64,000 nt of DNA from Shigella phage vB_SboM_Phaginator, in the sequence record OL615012. One strand, written 5' to 3'. A program made the translations under genes and the position numbers. Positions 25,406-36,283 of the stretch are shown piece by piece (position 1 is the first letter of the stretch; every line of letters starts with the position of its first letter). The notes beneath the pieces are model-generated. The model did no database searches. It worked only from the letters and a program-made list of their open reading frames with translations, and was not told where the DNA came from.

Positions 25406-28102
25406 TCAGCCAAACAGGAAGTCTAACGAAGCTTTTTCTTCATAGTCCATACCAGCCGATTCACACATGCCTGCAAGCGGTTTAACAAACGATTTTTGGA
25501 ACAAAGTCGAGTAGTCAATCCAAGACAGTACGTCAGAACGAATTTCTTTTGGAAGTTCTGTACCCGACGGCCAAGCAATGCATTTGTCACCAAATGGATT
25601 TCCTTCACGCAATGGAAGAACCATTACTTTATTTCCATCCAAAATTGGAGCTACACCTAAACCGTTAACAGCTCGACGATAAGTTAGCACCCCACGAATA
25701 TGGAACGGGCATTTAAATCCTGGCCAACCTTTATCGTCATATTTCGCTATATCGTTCGCGGTTTTTACTTCAGCAATAACTTTATAGTCAAGTTGACGAT
25801 ATTCTTTCTCAAAGTTCTTATAGTATTCTTGAACAGACTCTTCACCTTCCTGAAGAATACGACGAATACTTTCTTCGAGAGCTTCTTGCACTGCTTTTGG
25901 TGTTGAACTCTGCTGAGTTTCCATACCCATGATTTTTAGATGTGGTTCAGCAAAACGCTTATCTTCCATATCATAAACGTTCAGAGCATAACGCTTTTTC
26001 GCTTTCCAAAATCCACCAACGCCCTTTGAACCAAGTGGAGGGCAAGAAATAGCTTCACGGTCCATATGCATCAGATGCTCGCGGTTATTCATATAATCAC
26101 ATAACTCACGATATGCAACATCAATCATAGGTTCCATCTTTTTCTTACCGAACTGATTCATGAATTCAACTAAATCGTTCTGCTCTTTGAATCGGTCAAG
26201 ACCAACTTTTTCAATAACTTTATCTACACAAACATATACCGAATCAGTATCACCTGCTGCAATGAAATCTTCGTCATTAGTTCCGCATACTTTATTCAGA
26301 TATTCATTAATTTTACGAGCAATCCACTGAATACCAACTTGGCCGAAAATTGTGATAGCAGTAGCATTTCGCAAATCATAGTAACGGAAATGAATATTAC
26401 CAAGAGCACCATAAAGACTGTTAATAAGAATTTTACGGTTCAGCTGATTTGTATTAGCAAGTGTAGCTGCTTTTTCACATTCCTCAATCAGACTATTGAG
26501 AACAGATTCAGTATAATTCGATAGTTCATTTAAGAAATCATCATTGAACTTAACATATCGTTCAACTTCTGGTTTAGTTGAACAAGACCCTGCGCCTTTC
26601 ATAATAATCTTTTTAATAGCTTCGGCATTCATTTCTTCAGCGAACATTTTCTTTTTCCAATCTTTACGCTGGAAAAATACTTTAGCGATTTCCTTTGGAA
26701 TGATACCTTCTTGATGCTTATCATACATCCATCCATTCGGAGAACAAGAATATTCATCACTCGGTTTAGGAGCTGTTCCTGCGATATATTCATGAATTGG
26801 ATGAACTTTAAACTGACCACGAATAGTCTCAGGACTAATGTTAACCTGACGAATAATGCTCGGATACAGAGACGTCAAGTCAAAACTCATAATATATCGA
26901 CGAGCAATTGGTTTAGGTTCAAATACGAATGCACCCGGAAAACTCTGTTTAACGTGCGAACCTTGTTGAGGAATAACCTTATGTTCACCTTTCAATGAGT
27001 TAAAAATAATAGCATCCCAGGTTTTAATAGGACTCATTACACCGGAAAAAGGCATTTTAGCGTAATAAGACATACTTAAAACTAGATCGATAAACCCGCG
27101 AATTTTATCAATTGCTTGAACTGATTCTACGTCAATGATGTTATAACTAATGTATCGTTGATGATTAGTCTCACGAAGTTTATTAATAGGACCGTCGTAT
27201 GGTAATTTACCTTTTTTGGTTTCATGCTGAGCAACTGATTCCAAAGAGAATGACGGCAAATTAGTAAAAGCGAATTTCTTGTACAAATCTAAATAATCAA
27301 GAATAGATACGCCATCAATAGAATAAATTTCTTTGCTACCGTACATATTTTGAATTAGTTTAGATTTTACTCGACCGATTGGAGAGAAGCGTTTCATACT
27401 ACGTTCACCGAGAACCATTTTAACGCGATTCATGATATACGGAACGTCAAACCCCTCAATATTCCAACCAGTAAAAATAGCAGGTCGTTTCTGTTCCCAG
27501 AGATTGATATATTCCATGAGCATATCACGCTCATTATCGAATGGCATATAAATTACTCGGTCAAGAATTTCTTGAGGAACTTCATCACCACCTTCACAGT
27601 CAAGCTTAGCAGCTAACTTTGCATCCCATTTTGATACTGAACCATACATTGAATTCAAAAGGTCGAAAACATAAAAACGATCATCAATTGAATCGTAATG
27701 AGTGATAGCATCAATTTCATATTCAGCTTTCATTGGGTCAGGAAATTTATCACCAGTAACCTCAATGTCACAATTAGCTACACGAACAAATTTTCGGTCA
27801 TAAACAATTTCTGAACCGTATGTATCACTGATATAAGCGAGTTTAAAATCGTTCATACCGAGAGCTTCGAGACCGATGTCTTCCATTCGTTTCATCCAAT
27901 CTCGGGCATCTTTCATTGATGGAAATTTTTGAGGAGCACAGTTTTTACCGTAAATGTCTTTGTATTTTGATTCTTCCTTACAGTGTCTAAACATAGTTGG
28001 AAGATATTCTACTTCACGAGTACGTTCCTTTCCGTTTTCATCAATATAACGTTCAACAATGTTATTTCCGACTGTTTCAATAGAGATATAAAATTCTTTC
28101 AT
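25406..28102 (-). CDS. 43: DNA polymerase (gp43, family B)
   Basis: 898-aa ORF, T4 gp43 length; exonuclease and polymerase motifs (YGDTDS). Confidence 0.95.
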   Translation of the reverse strand: MKEFYISIETVGNNIVERYIDENGKERTREVEYLPTMFRHCKEESKYKDIYGKNCAPQKFPSMKDARDWMKRMEDIGLEALGMNDFKLAYISDTYGSEIVYDRKFVRVANCDIEVTGDKFPDPMKAEYEIDAITHYDSIDDRFYVFDLLNSMYGSVSKWDAKLAAKLDCEGGDEVPQEILDRVIYMPFDNERDMLMEYINLWEQKRPAIFTGWNIEGFDVPYIMNRVKMVLGERSMKRFSPIGRVKSKLIQNMYGSKEIYSIDGVSILDYLDLYKKFAFTNLPSFSLESVAQHETKKGKLPYDGPINKLRETNHQRYISYNIIDVESVQAIDKIRGFIDLVLSMSYYAKMPFSGVMSPIKTWDAIIFNSLKGEHKVIPQQGSHVKQSFPGAFVFEPKPIARRYIMSFDLTSLYPSIIRQVNISPETIRGQFKVHPIHEYIAGTAPKPSDEYSCSPNGWMYDKHQEGIIPKEIAKVFFQRKDWKKKMFAEEMNAEAIKKIIMKGAGSCSTKPEVERYVKFNDDFLNELSNYTESVLNSLIEECEKAATLANTNQLNRKILINSLYGALGNIHFRYYDLRNATAITIFGQVGIQWIARKINEYLNKVCGTNDEDFIAAGDTDSVYVCVDKVIEKVGLDRFKEQNDLVEFMNQFGKKKMEPMIDVAYRELCDYMNNREHLMHMDREAISCPPLGSKGVGGFWKAKKRYALNVYDMEDKRFAEPHLKIMGMETQQSSTPKAVQEALEESIRRILQEGEESVQEYYKNFEKEYRQLDYKVIAEVKTANDIAKYDDKGWPGFKCPFHIRGVLTYRRAVNGLGVAPILDGNKVMVLPLREGNPFGDKCIAWPSGTELPKEIRSDVLSWIDYSTLFQKSFVKPLAGMCESAGMDYEEKASLDFLFG

Positions 28103-28140
28103 AGATATTCCTTAGTTTATAGCCCGAGTTATTAGGCTCT
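28103..28140 (-). promoter_or_regulatory. gene 43 translational operator
   Basis: Leader AGAGCCUAAUAACUCGGGCUAUAAACUAAGGAAUAUCU-AUG matches the T4 gp43 autoregulatory hairpin plus RBS as recalled. Confidence 0.65.
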
Positions 28141-28160
28141 TGATATATTATACTCCAAAT

Positions 28161-28178
28161 AAGGGGCCGAAGCCCCTT
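28161..28178 (-). terminator. tetraloop hairpin (AAGGGGC-UUCG-GCCCCUU)
   Basis: 7-bp GC stem with UUCG loop between the small ORF and the gene 43 leader; weak U-tract. Confidence 0.45.
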
Positions 28179-28180
28179 GC

Positions 28181-28402
28181 TTAAATTAGTACTATTTGTC
28201 GGTGAAAAATTGTCATTCCATCTGCATTAATTGACTTAACGACTGCGGTAAAGTGTTTTTGTTCTGGATGAATTAATTTTTGAAATTCTACCTGAAATTT
28301 TAGTTGGAGGTTTTCTGGTAAATCAAAAAGTGTTTCTGTTGCAGAAAGATTATATTTTTCTTTAAGAGACGCCATGTATTCTTGTGGAGTTATAGCAGTC
28401 AT
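28181..28402 (-). CDS. small hypothetical protein (73 aa) between regA and 43
   Basis: Trimmed to MTAITPQEYMASLKEKY... starting 1 nt after the regA stop; I do not recall a gene here in T4. Confidence 0.4.
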   Translation of the reverse strand: MTAITPQEYMASLKEKYNLSATETLFDLPENLQLKFQVEFQKLIHPEQKHFTAVVKSINADGMTIFHRQIVLI

Positions 28403-28403
28403 A

Positions 28404-28772
28404 TTAATTACCAATCGTATATTTAGGAACGAGTTTCCATTCATGTTTTTGTTTAAAAGAAATAACTCGGAAGTTATTAGTTAAATCTTTCATAAAAGTT
28501 CTTTGACCAGGAACGATTTCAATCAGTCCCCAATCTTCTAATAGCCATGCAATCGAATCACGACGAACTTCATCTTCTTCTGTCATTTCAACTTGACGAC
28601 CATCCATACGAAGCATTTCTTTAAAATGAACGATATAATATAGTCCTTTTTTCTGAAGAATATGACAGGACTGATACAGAACTTTATCTTTATTATTAGC
28701 AATTCCCATACGAGTCAAAGTTTCTTTTACTTTCAGAAAATCTTCAGGTTTTTTAAGAGTAATTTCAATCAT
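28404..28772 (-). CDS. regA: RegA translational repressor
   Basis: 122-aa ORF MIEITLKKPEDFLK... matches T4 RegA as recalled. Confidence 0.95.
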   Translation of the reverse strand: MIEITLKKPEDFLKVKETLTRMGIANNKDKVLYQSCHILQKKGLYYIVHFKEMLRMDGRQVEMTEEDEVRRDSIAWLLEDWGLIEIVPGQRTFMKDLTNNFRVISFKQKHEWKLVPKYTIGN

Positions 28773-28773
28773 T

Positions 28774-29337
28774 TTACCATTCCAATGCTAGTTTTTTGAG
28801 TTGTTTCTGTTCTTTTACGTTCTTAGTCACTTCTTTCAAAAAATCATCCGTGACTAAACCTTTTAGTTCTTTTAATACTAAAGGAAGTTTTCCATTTTTA
28901 GTAAGAATTGATTTATAGTTAATTGCATCATTTGTGTTAACTTGATACCGCTTAGCAAGTAACTTAATAATCAATACTTCGGTGGAATCTTCAACTAGTT
29001 TTGCCCATTTACCATATCTTTTACCACGAGGAACTGCAGCCATTAGATAATTAAAATGGGCTTCATCACTTAAGCCTGATCCAATTAAATTCATTGCATA
29101 CACTGCCGGCATGCACTCCGGAAATTGTGACAATGCATTTTCAACCATGAATTTTGAATAATCTTTTTGAGCAATAGAGCATTTAGTTTTATTATTAATA
29201 GCTCCAATTATTTCAAAAAATTCATTTTCAGCTTTTTCCTTGAAAGAATCAGCAGCAGATTGGACAGCTGTCCAATCTTTTGAATACCAAGCAACTTGAT
29301 GCTCGTTTAATTGAATATCATCTTCAAATAAGCTCAT
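28774..29337 (-). CDS. 62: clamp loader small subunit (gp62)
   Basis: 187-aa ORF, T4 gp62 length, between regA and 44. Confidence 0.9.
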   Translation of the reverse strand: MSLFEDDIQLNEHQVAWYSKDWTAVQSAADSFKEKAENEFFEIIGAINNKTKCSIAQKDYSKFMVENALSQFPECMPAVYAMNLIGSGLSDEAHFNYLMAAVPRGKRYGKWAKLVEDSTEVLIIKLLAKRYQVNTNDAINYKSILTKNGKLPLVLKELKGLVTDDFLKEVTKNVKEQKQLKKLALEW

Positions 29338-29338
29338 A

Positions 29339-30313
29339 TCACTTCCACTGCATTTCGCATGCCAATTGAATGAAAAGATATGCTAAATGTAATTCCGTAT
29401 TAGCCGCAATTCCATGATACTGGTTATTTTCACCAACAATTTCATACATACGAATAATACTCTGTGGAGTTACACGTGAATAGATTTCTTCGGCAAGTTT
29501 ACCCACGAACCACGAATAATCGGCTGCATATTTTGGTGCTAAAGCTCTGAGTTGTTTAACATCTTTATTTTTGAGAGACTCAAGAACATCATCAATAGCA
29601 CCACGATCGTTAGTAACCAGTGATAAAATACCAGCATCCAAAACACCTTTAGATGAATAACTATCGAGCTCGCCAATAGTTTTACGAAAATCAGGAAAAT
29701 TCTTTTTAACCAAAGCTGCTACAACTTTCATATCAGCTATAGCAATTCCTTCATGTTTACAGATTTCAGTCAATCGACGAATCATCTGCTTCATCATTTC
29801 AATTTTATCTTCATCGGTCGGTTGACCGAACGTAATAACTCGGCAGCGTGACTGAAGTGGTTTAATAATACCATCAATATTGTTAGCAGTAATAATAATA
29901 CTACAGTTTGAACTATAAGCTTCCATAAAGGAACGAAGATGTCGCTGAGACTCTGCTAATCCTGAGCGGTCAAATTCATCAATAACGATTACTTTTTGAC
30001 GACCATCAAATGAAGCGGCGCTGGCAAAATTAGTCAAAGGACCACGAACGAAATCAATTTTACAATCTGATCCATTCACAAACATCATATCAGCATTTAC
30101 ATCATGACACAATGCTTTTGCTACAGTTGTTTTACCTGTTCCTGGAGAAGGAGAATGAAGAATAATATGTGGAATCTTACCTTTACTTGTAATAGATTTA
30201 AAGGTTTCTTTATCAAAGGCGGGAAGAATACATTCATCGATAGTAGATGGACGATATTTCTGTTCAAGAATGTGTTCTTTTTCATTTACGGTAATCATAA
30301 TTTCCTCATTCAA
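29339..30313 (-). CDS. 44: clamp loader ATPase subunit (gp44)
   Basis: 324-aa ORF; Walker [14 protein letters not shown] Walker B. Confidence 0.9.
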   Translation of the reverse strand: MNEEIMITVNEKEHILEQKYRPSTIDECILPAFDKETFKSITSKGKIPHIILHSPSPGTGKTTVAKALCHDVNADMMFVNGSDCKIDFVRGPLTNFASAASFDGRQKVIVIDEFDRSGLAESQRHLRSFMEAYSSNCSIIITANNIDGIIKPLQSRCRVITFGQPTDEDKIEMMKQMIRRLTEICKHEGIAIADMKVVAALVKKNFPDFRKTIGELDSYSSKGVLDAGILSLVTNDRGAIDDVLESLKNKDVKQLRALAPKYAADYSWFVGKLAEEIYSRVTPQSIIRMYEIVGENNQYHGIAANTELHLAYLFIQLACEMQWK

Positions 30314-30332
30314 GTTTTAGTGTAAATTATAA

Positions 30333-30346
30333 AGGGCCGAAGCCCT
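30333..30346 (-). terminator. tetraloop hairpin after gene 45
   Basis: AGGGC-UUCG-GCCCU immediately 3' of the gene 45 stop. Confidence 0.45.
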
Positions 30347-30349
30347 CTA

Positions 30350-31036
30350 TTAAAAATCGTGGGTAGAATCAGCTTCAAGAGCTACTACATAATTCGCGTG
30401 TTCACCTTCAAATTTAGCAGCACCTTGTTTACCTTTTGCCCAAAGCAGAAGTTTATAATTTCCTGGTTGCATTTTCATATTTGCCATATTGATAATGAAA
30501 TTAAATGTATTTTCACCATCATAATCACCAAGAGTCAAAGAATATTTAACACGAGTCAAAGCAGAATCTTCTACTTTATTAAAACCGTTAATTACGATTT
30601 TACCTTCTTTTACTGTGATAGCAATTGTATCAATCTGCAGACCACGAGATACACGCAACAGCTGTTGAAGGTCTTCAGCTTTAATTTCAGTAACAACAGA
30701 TGCTACCGGGAATGGAATTGGTTTATTAGGAGCAACTACTGTACTCGGATCGGCTGCTGGCCAAAAAATTGTTGAGCGGGCATCAGCAATTTTAATATTT
30801 CCATCTTCTGACTGAGAAATTTCTGCATCATCATTAACTAAAGACAGAATACCGAGAAAACCGTTCAAATCGTAAATTGCTACATCAAAATCAATAACGT
30901 CAGAAATATTTGCTTCCGCATAAGTTGTACCATTAACTGCACGAGTCATAATAAATTGACCTGATTTAAGCATAATGCCAGAGTTAATAGTAGCGAAATT
31001 TTTAAGCAGAGCAGTAGTATCTTTAGACAGTTTCAT
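30350..31036 (-). CDS. 45: sliding clamp (gp45)
   Basis: 228-aa ORF MKLSKDTTALLKNFATINSGI...; T4 gp45 length. Confidence 0.95.
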   Translation of the reverse strand: MKLSKDTTALLKNFATINSGIMLKSGQFIMTRAVNGTTYAEANISDVIDFDVAIYDLNGFLGILSLVNDDAEISQSEDGNIKIADARSTIFWPAADPSTVVAPNKPIPFPVASVVTEIKAEDLQQLLRVSRGLQIDTIAITVKEGKIVINGFNKVEDSALTRVKYSLTLGDYDGENTFNFIINMANMKMQPGNYKLLLWAKGKQGAAKFEGEHANYVVALEADSTHDF

Positions 31037-31067
31037 GTAATTTCCTTCAATTCAAATGAGATTTAAT

Positions 31068-31091
31068 TTTATAACTAATTTAATAAAGCAA
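31068..31091 (-). promoter_or_regulatory. MotA-dependent middle promoter candidate for gene 45
   Basis: Minus strand TTGCTTTA, ~10 nt, TATAAA upstream of the gene 45 ATG. Confidence 0.45.
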
Positions 31092-31481
31092 TTAACGATT
31101 AAAATCAGCCGCAATTGTTTCCGCAACAATTTGAGCAGCAACAATTAGGCGTTCATCTGCATTACCGCAATATTCATCTTCAAGGCGTTCACCACATGAA
31201 GTCATAATAAACTTAGCACCGGCGTTTAAGGATTCTGTAGTATGTTTGCGCATTAGTTCAATCCATTTATTACTTACTTCACGATCGATAGCTTCATAAT
31301 ACGCATGACGAGCAGGTGCAGATTTAATTTTGTTCTGAATAACTTCCATTGCGTTATCAGAAAGAGACAAAACCCATGCGCGACGAATTTTATTTTGGTT
31401 TTGCGGATTTGAGTCAGAACGCACGTGTTTTGGCTGAATATCTTTTACATCAACAGTATAATTCACAGTAATTTTAGTCAT
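31092..31481 (-). CDS. rpbA: RNA polymerase binding protein RpbA
   Basis: 129-aa ORF upstream of gene 45, T4 RpbA length. Confidence 0.8.
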   Translation of the reverse strand: MTKITVNYTVDVKDIQPKHVRSDSNPQNQNKIRRAWVLSLSDNAMEVIQNKIKSAPARHAYYEAIDREVSNKWIELMRKHTTESLNAGAKFIMTSCGERLEDEYCGNADERLIVAAQIVAETIAADFNR

Positions 31482-31490
31482 AATACACCT

Positions 31491-31679
31491 TTAGTCATAA
31501 TAATCAGTAACAGTCCAAGATTCATTTCTATTGGACATTATTTTTGTATATTCTGCTTTAAATGCATTCCTAAGCATAGATTCAGTAACTATATGCTCTT
31601 CATTAGAAAAATTATTTCTCAGAATATATCGTTTTATTTCAGGAAAAGTTAATAGATGCTGTCCAGTTGAATATTCCAT
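31491..31679 (-). CDS. 45.2: hypothetical protein (62 aa), T4 45.2 position
   Basis: ORF between 46 and rpbA, same size as T4 45.2. Confidence 0.6.
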   Translation of the reverse strand: MEYSTGQHLLTFPEIKRYILRNNFSNEEHIVTESMLRNAFKAEYTKIMSNRNESWTVTDYYD

Positions 31680-31734
31680 GTTTTTCCTCCATAGAGATTA
31701 TACTCTAATAAATTAAAGCATAATCTCTTATAAA

Positions 31735-33417
31735 TTAAACCATTACAGTAAATCGACCAACTTTCTTCATTTGAAGATGCTGACCATATGCTTGTGGGTC
31801 ATGGTCTCTATGTGAAATAACAAAAACATTAGTATTTTTTAAACTATCTAAAATAGTTGAAATAGCTTTTACACCTTCAACGTCGGTCGCTGAATCAAAA
31901 ACTTCATCAAGAATTAGTGTGTTTATTTTAACACCTGAAACTTTTTCAGCAATATCACGCCAAGTAAATAAAAGAGCAATATCAATTCGTGCTTTTTCAC
32001 CTTGACTGAATGAAGCATAACTAAAATCTTCACGACCACGGGATTTAATTGTCTCATTAAATTCTTCATCTAATGTAAACACATAATCCGCTTCCATTAT
32101 TTTAAGATAATGGTTAATCTGCTTATTAAATAATGGAATGTACTTTTTAATAATAGCACCTTTAATACCAGAATCTTTGAGCATATCAGTCAAAATTCCT
32201 CGGTGGTATTTTTCCATTACTAAATTAGTTTTTGTCTTAACAATTTTATCAAGTTCTTCTTGAAGCAGTGCTATTTCATCAGCATGGTCAATAAACTCAG
32301 AAGATGCTTTTTCTATAGCTGCTTTAACTTTTTTAGCTTTATCTACCGTCGTGATTAGAGATTGCTTTTTATTGCGAATATCATTTGCCAACGACTGCTG
32401 AGTTTTAATATTATCTCGGTATTCATCAACAAGAACTTTTAAATTATCACGGTGCGTTGAAAGCTGTTCAAACGAATGCGTACATTCAGAAACTTTATCT
32501 TTAATTTTAGAAACAACTTTATCACCGGAACTTAATTGTGACAAGCAGGTTGGACATAATCCACCTTCGTGATACATATTAATGACTTTATTATACGAGT
32601 CAATTTTTGATTTAATTAAAACTGCTTCTTGACCGATTTTATTAAATGCATCAGTCGGGTCTTCATCCAAAACAATATTAACTAATCTTTCATTAGCTTC
32701 TTCTATTTCCGATTTTAGCGTTCTAGCTTCTTTTGCCAAATCATCATACATATTTTGTAGACGAGTAAGGTTGTCACCCGTTAATTTTTTCTGGCGTTCA
32801 ACGTTATCATTATATATTTTAATTTGTTGGATAATACTATCTTTTTTAACATCAAGCACTTGGTTTTGTGAATTTAATTCACGTATTAGTGCTTTATTAA
32901 GCTTATCCATTTCAGCTAATGTTCCTACCTCAAGCAGGTCTTCCACAAGCTTTCTTCGTGCAGGGGTCGACAAACCCATGAAAGGGGTATACCCTGCTGT
33001 ACCAAGGACAACAATCTGCTTGAAACTGGCATATGACATTCCGATAAGCTGTTCAAATTCTGCTTGGAAATCTTTACTGCTGGCAGATTCATTAAGACGT
33101 GTACCGTTAACGGTGATTTCGAAAACGTTTGGTTTTTGTCCTCTTTTGATATAGTACTTTTTCTCATCATATTCCATCCACAGTTCAACTAAAAGTTCTT
33201 TCTTATTTGTGCTGTTTATTAATTGACCTTTCTTTACATCACGAAATGGCTTGCCAAAAAGCCCAAATGTGATGGCTTCTAACATAGTAGACTTACCACC
33301 GCCATTTCGTCCAGTAATAAGAGTTTTTTGAACCTTATCTAATTGAATGTCAATAGGATTTCCACCTACTGACATTATATTTTGATACCTAACTCGGTTT
33401 AGTTTAAAATTCTTCAC
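31735..33417 (-). CDS. 46: recombination nuclease subunit gp46 (Rad50/SbcC-like)
   Basis: 560-aa ORF, T4 gp46 length; Walker A GRNGGGKST, zinc hook CPTC, D-loop LILDEVFD. Confidence 0.9.
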   Translation of the reverse strand: MKNFKLNRVRYQNIMSVGGNPIDIQLDKVQKTLITGRNGGGKSTMLEAITFGLFGKPFRDVKKGQLINSTNKKELLVELWMEYDEKKYYIKRGQKPNVFEITVNGTRLNESASSKDFQAEFEQLIGMSYASFKQIVVLGTAGYTPFMGLSTPARRKLVEDLLEVGTLAEMDKLNKALIRELNSQNQVLDVKKDSIIQQIKIYNDNVERQKKLTGDNLTRLQNMYDDLAKEARTLKSEIEEANERLVNIVLDEDPTDAFNKIGQEAVLIKSKIDSYNKVINMYHEGGLCPTCLSQLSSGDKVVSKIKDKVSECTHSFEQLSTHRDNLKVLVDEYRDNIKTQQSLANDIRNKKQSLITTVDKAKKVKAAIEKASSEFIDHADEIALLQEELDKIVKTKTNLVMEKYHRGILTDMLKDSGIKGAIIKKYIPLFNKQINHYLKIMEADYVFTLDEEFNETIKSRGREDFSYASFSQGEKARIDIALLFTWRDIAEKVSGVKINTLILDEVFDSATDVEGVKAISTILDSLKNTNVFVISHRDHDPQAYGQHLQMKKVGRFTVMV

Positions 33418-33677
33418 AAAAGATTCCTTTTAATGTATCTTTTAGACCATTCTATCATATCATCATAATCTAAAAAGTATTCATCAAATTCAGCCATGCA
33501 AACAACGCCTTGTGCTGCTTTTGATGTGATATAAATTATTCCAACATATCTAGAATCTTCTTCGGTGTAATCAATGTTTGCTATGAATTCATCATTAATG
33601 TCAAATGTCGAAAACTTCACAGTATGCATCCTTAATACAAGATACAGCCATATCTCGTAATGATTTAGGTGTGTCAT
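33414..33677 (-). CDS. hypothetical protein (T4 46.1/46.2 region)
   Basis: ORF-track ORF; true start may be the internal Met near 33629. Confidence 0.5.
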   Translation of the reverse strand: MTHLNHYEIWLYLVLRMHTVKFSTFDINDEFIANIDYTEEDSRYVGIIYITSKAAQGVVCMAEFDEYFLDYDDMIEWSKRYIKRNLL

Positions 33678-33864
33678 TATCTAAAATGTTGAAGTTAAAA
33701 GATACAGCCCAGTCAGTGCAGACCGTGACCTTTTTAATACAATTATCTTCAACTTCTAGTGGTTCAAACCAGTATTCAATAATTTCTTTATGCCCAATAT
33801 CATCTTTTACTTCGCATTCAAAATGCTGACTCATCATAACATTTTTAAATTCATCAAAAGTCAT
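33601..33864 (-). CDS. hypothetical protein (T4 46.1/46.2 region)
   Basis: ORF-track ORF overlapping the previous ORF. Confidence 0.5.
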   Translation of the reverse strand: MTFDEFKNVMMSQHFECEVKDDIGHKEIIEYWFEPLEVEDNCIKKVTVCTDWAVSFNFNILDNDTPKSLRDMAVSCIKDAYCEVFDI

Positions 33865-34880
33865 TGTGTTGCCTCTACATATAGCTGATTTGCATATTGA
33901 ATAAGTGCTTCACGGTCAGAATCAGTGATGTCTGGAATTGCATTAATATACTCTTCCATTAATGTCTGAAGCGATTGAACTTCAACTTCTTCACTGTCAT
34001 CTGACTCGACAGAGTTATCAATCTTTGACACAACTCGTAATGAATGCACAACTTTTTCTAGTTCAGATTCGAACTTCGTCAGATTTTTGTCTACTTCAGT
34101 TACTATAACACGTACTGATAGATTTGTAAAATCTTTATAGTCAATTTTTCCTTTAAATGGATAATGAATTCTACGATGCCAGGTAGTATTATTTGGAATA
34201 AATTCCATTCGTTCTGTTTCTGTATCAAACACCCAGAACCCACGAGGGTCATTCTCGTCACCTGCAGTTAGTGTCCATGGTGTCCCAATATATCTGACGT
34301 TTGCAGCCTCAGAGATAGTATGGAAGTGACCAGACCACACTTCTTTATAAGTCTTAAGGAAATCAGGTTCAAGACCATGAGATTTCATTCCTTTATAAAA
34401 ATAAAATCCGTTCAGTTCCCAGTGACCAACACAAAAAGAAGCAGATGAAGTTTTGATGTGCTCAAGAATTTCACCAGTATTTTCTTCACACATCCAAGGA
34501 ATTAAATCAATTAAACATCCGTCAAAATCTACCGTAGTAGGCTTATCATATACTTTAACATTAGGATATTTAGCCAAAAGCTCAGTAGAGGCATTTGGAT
34601 GCATTACATTTTTGTAGTGGAGATCGTGATTTCCTACAATAGTATGTAATGTGATTCCAGCGTCATCAAGCATTTGAACTATTTCGCGAGCGAACTCCAT
34701 AGTTTTATGCGTGATTGCTTTTCGCACATCAAAAATATCGCCGTATTGAATCCATGTAGTAATTCCATTTTTCTTAGAATATTCTATTGCTTGTTTAATT
34801 CCATCAATTTGAATACCGCGAATCCACTCATCATCGGCTTTAACACCTAAATGCCAATCACCTAAATTTAAAATTTTCAT
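33861..34880 (-). CDS. 47: recombination nuclease subunit gp47 (Mre11/SbcD-like)
   Basis: 339-aa ORF, T4 gp47 length; calcineurin-like phosphoesterase motifs (GDWH, GNHD). Confidence 0.9.
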   Translation of the reverse strand: MKILNLGDWHLGVKADDEWIRGIQIDGIKQAIEYSKKNGITTWIQYGDIFDVRKAITHKTMEFAREIVQMLDDAGITLHTIVGNHDLHYKNVMHPNASTELLAKYPNVKVYDKPTTVDFDGCLIDLIPWMCEENTGEILEHIKTSSASFCVGHWELNGFYFYKGMKSHGLEPDFLKTYKEVWSGHFHTISEAANVRYIGTPWTLTAGDENDPRGFWVFDTETERMEFIPNNTTWHRRIHYPFKGKIDYKDFTNLSVRVIVTEVDKNLTKFESELEKVVHSLRVVSKIDNSVESDDSEEVEVQSLQTLMEEYINAIPDITDSDREALIQYANQLYVEATQ

Positions 34881-35017
34881 ATATCAAGAACCGTCATTGA
34901 AATGCAAAATAAAATTATTGAAATAAACCCATCTGGTGTGCTAAAGAACCCAATCCAACACGCTCTAGTGAATAGATAAAACGCTAGAAAAAGTATCACA
35001 TATCCAAGAAATATCAT
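34877..35017 (-). CDS. small membrane peptide (46 aa)
   Basis: Hand-translated MIFLGYVILFLAFYLFTRACWIGFF...; ATGA overlap with the gene 47 start. Confidence 0.4.
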   Translation of the reverse strand: MIFLGYVILFLAFYLFTRACWIGFFSTPDGFISIILFCISMTVLDI

Positions 35018-35040
35018 TATATCAAACTCCGTATAAAGCT

Positions 35041-35058
35041 AAAGGGCCGAAGCCCTTT
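35041..35058 (-). terminator. tetraloop hairpin at the alpha-gt 3' end
   Basis: AAAGGGC-UUCG-GCCCUUU overlapping the alpha-gt stop. Confidence 0.5.
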
Positions 35059-36259
35059 ATTTTGTAATAATGTCAAACTGTTCTTTAAAGCAGAAGCTTG
35101 AATCTTGGTGCTGATACAAAAATTCATATGCTTTTTCTCGCTCACGGTCATAAAGAGCTCGGTCAGATGACAGTTCTTTAATACGCTCAAATGTTGATTC
35201 CATGTCATTTTCATCAAACCAAATGATACCGCTATCATGAGAAATTAACGGAGTATTATCAACACGGAATTTTAAATTTTCGCCAGTAGATTTCCAAAAT
35301 ACCGGAATTGTTCCGCATGCACCAAGCTCGAGATGAGTATATTCTAAAGAACGTTGTAAATATTTTTTGTCCAACTTACTCAGTTGATAACCAAATCCGG
35401 ATTTACTCATGCGTTCAAGCATTTCGCTATTTACATAACGGTCAAGAATTTGCGTTGGCAAATTAGGAGCAATTTTAATTTGGTCTACTTGATGAAGACG
35501 ATAATACTCGTATGGAATTCCTTTTTCTTTAATGGGAATGAACGCTGGAGAACGTTCCAGACCTTCCATAATAGTACTTAGTCCTGCAGGTTTAAGATGT
35601 TTTTCGTGAAAATCAAACATCTGATAAAAGCCTTTCCATGTAGTAGTACGACCAATCCAACGGTTGATATTCATGTTAATTTCAGAAACATCTTTCCAGT
35701 AGGTTGATCGAACTTTCGCAATATCCATAGGAGGCTGAAAGTTATATACGGTCGGTGCTTCTTCAATATCATCAAACAGAGAAACAGTTTCTGGATACCA
35801 TTCTTTCATCAGAACTTTATTAAAATCACCATTATCAGAATGGCTAAAAATAACATCAGCTCGACGAACAGTTTCTTCTAATCCCAAATTTCGACGCAAA
35901 GAAAGAGAAGAATGGTCATGCTGATAAACTACAACACGAACAGAAGGTTTAATGTTATCAATAATTTTTTTATAGTTATTAATAGTGTCTTCTTCAACAG
36001 AAGTAGCAGGAACTGAATTGATAATTAGAATATCACAATCATTTACCAGCTTAAGTGTTTTATCGTATTCTTTTGCCAATAAAACTGGAATTGAAAATGA
36101 CTTATAATCATGCGCGCAATTACGAGTAAATGATTTATCTTTAGCATAAACCAAAGTTACTTCATGACCATTTTTAATAAACCAATCACGTTGCTCGAGT
36201 GAGAATTTTGTTACACCACAACCTTCAAGACCTCGAGCCATAAAAATACATACTTTCAT
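35057..36259 (-). CDS. agt: DNA alpha-glucosyltransferase
   Basis: 400-aa ORF M(K/R)ICIFMARGLEGCGVTKFSLEQRDWFIKNGHEV...; near-identical to T4 alpha-gt as recalled. Confidence 0.95.
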   Translation of the reverse strand: MKVCIFMARGLEGCGVTKFSLEQRDWFIKNGHEVTLVYAKDKSFTRNCAHDYKSFSIPVLLAKEYDKTLKLVNDCDILIINSVPATSVEEDTINNYKKIIDNIKPSVRVVVYQHDHSSLSLRRNLGLEETVRRADVIFSHSDNGDFNKVLMKEWYPETVSLFDDIEEAPTVYNFQPPMDIAKVRSTYWKDVSEINMNINRWIGRTTTWKGFYQMFDFHEKHLKPAGLSTIMEGLERSPAFIPIKEKGIPYEYYRLHQVDQIKIAPNLPTQILDRYVNSEMLERMSKSGFGYQLSKLDKKYLQRSLEYTHLELGACGTIPVFWKSTGENLKFRVDNTPLISHDSGIIWFDENDMESTFERIKELSSDRALYDREREKAYEFLYQHQDSSFCFKEQFDIITK

Positions 36260-36283
36260 TTAATATCCTCTTTGTTTTGGTTT

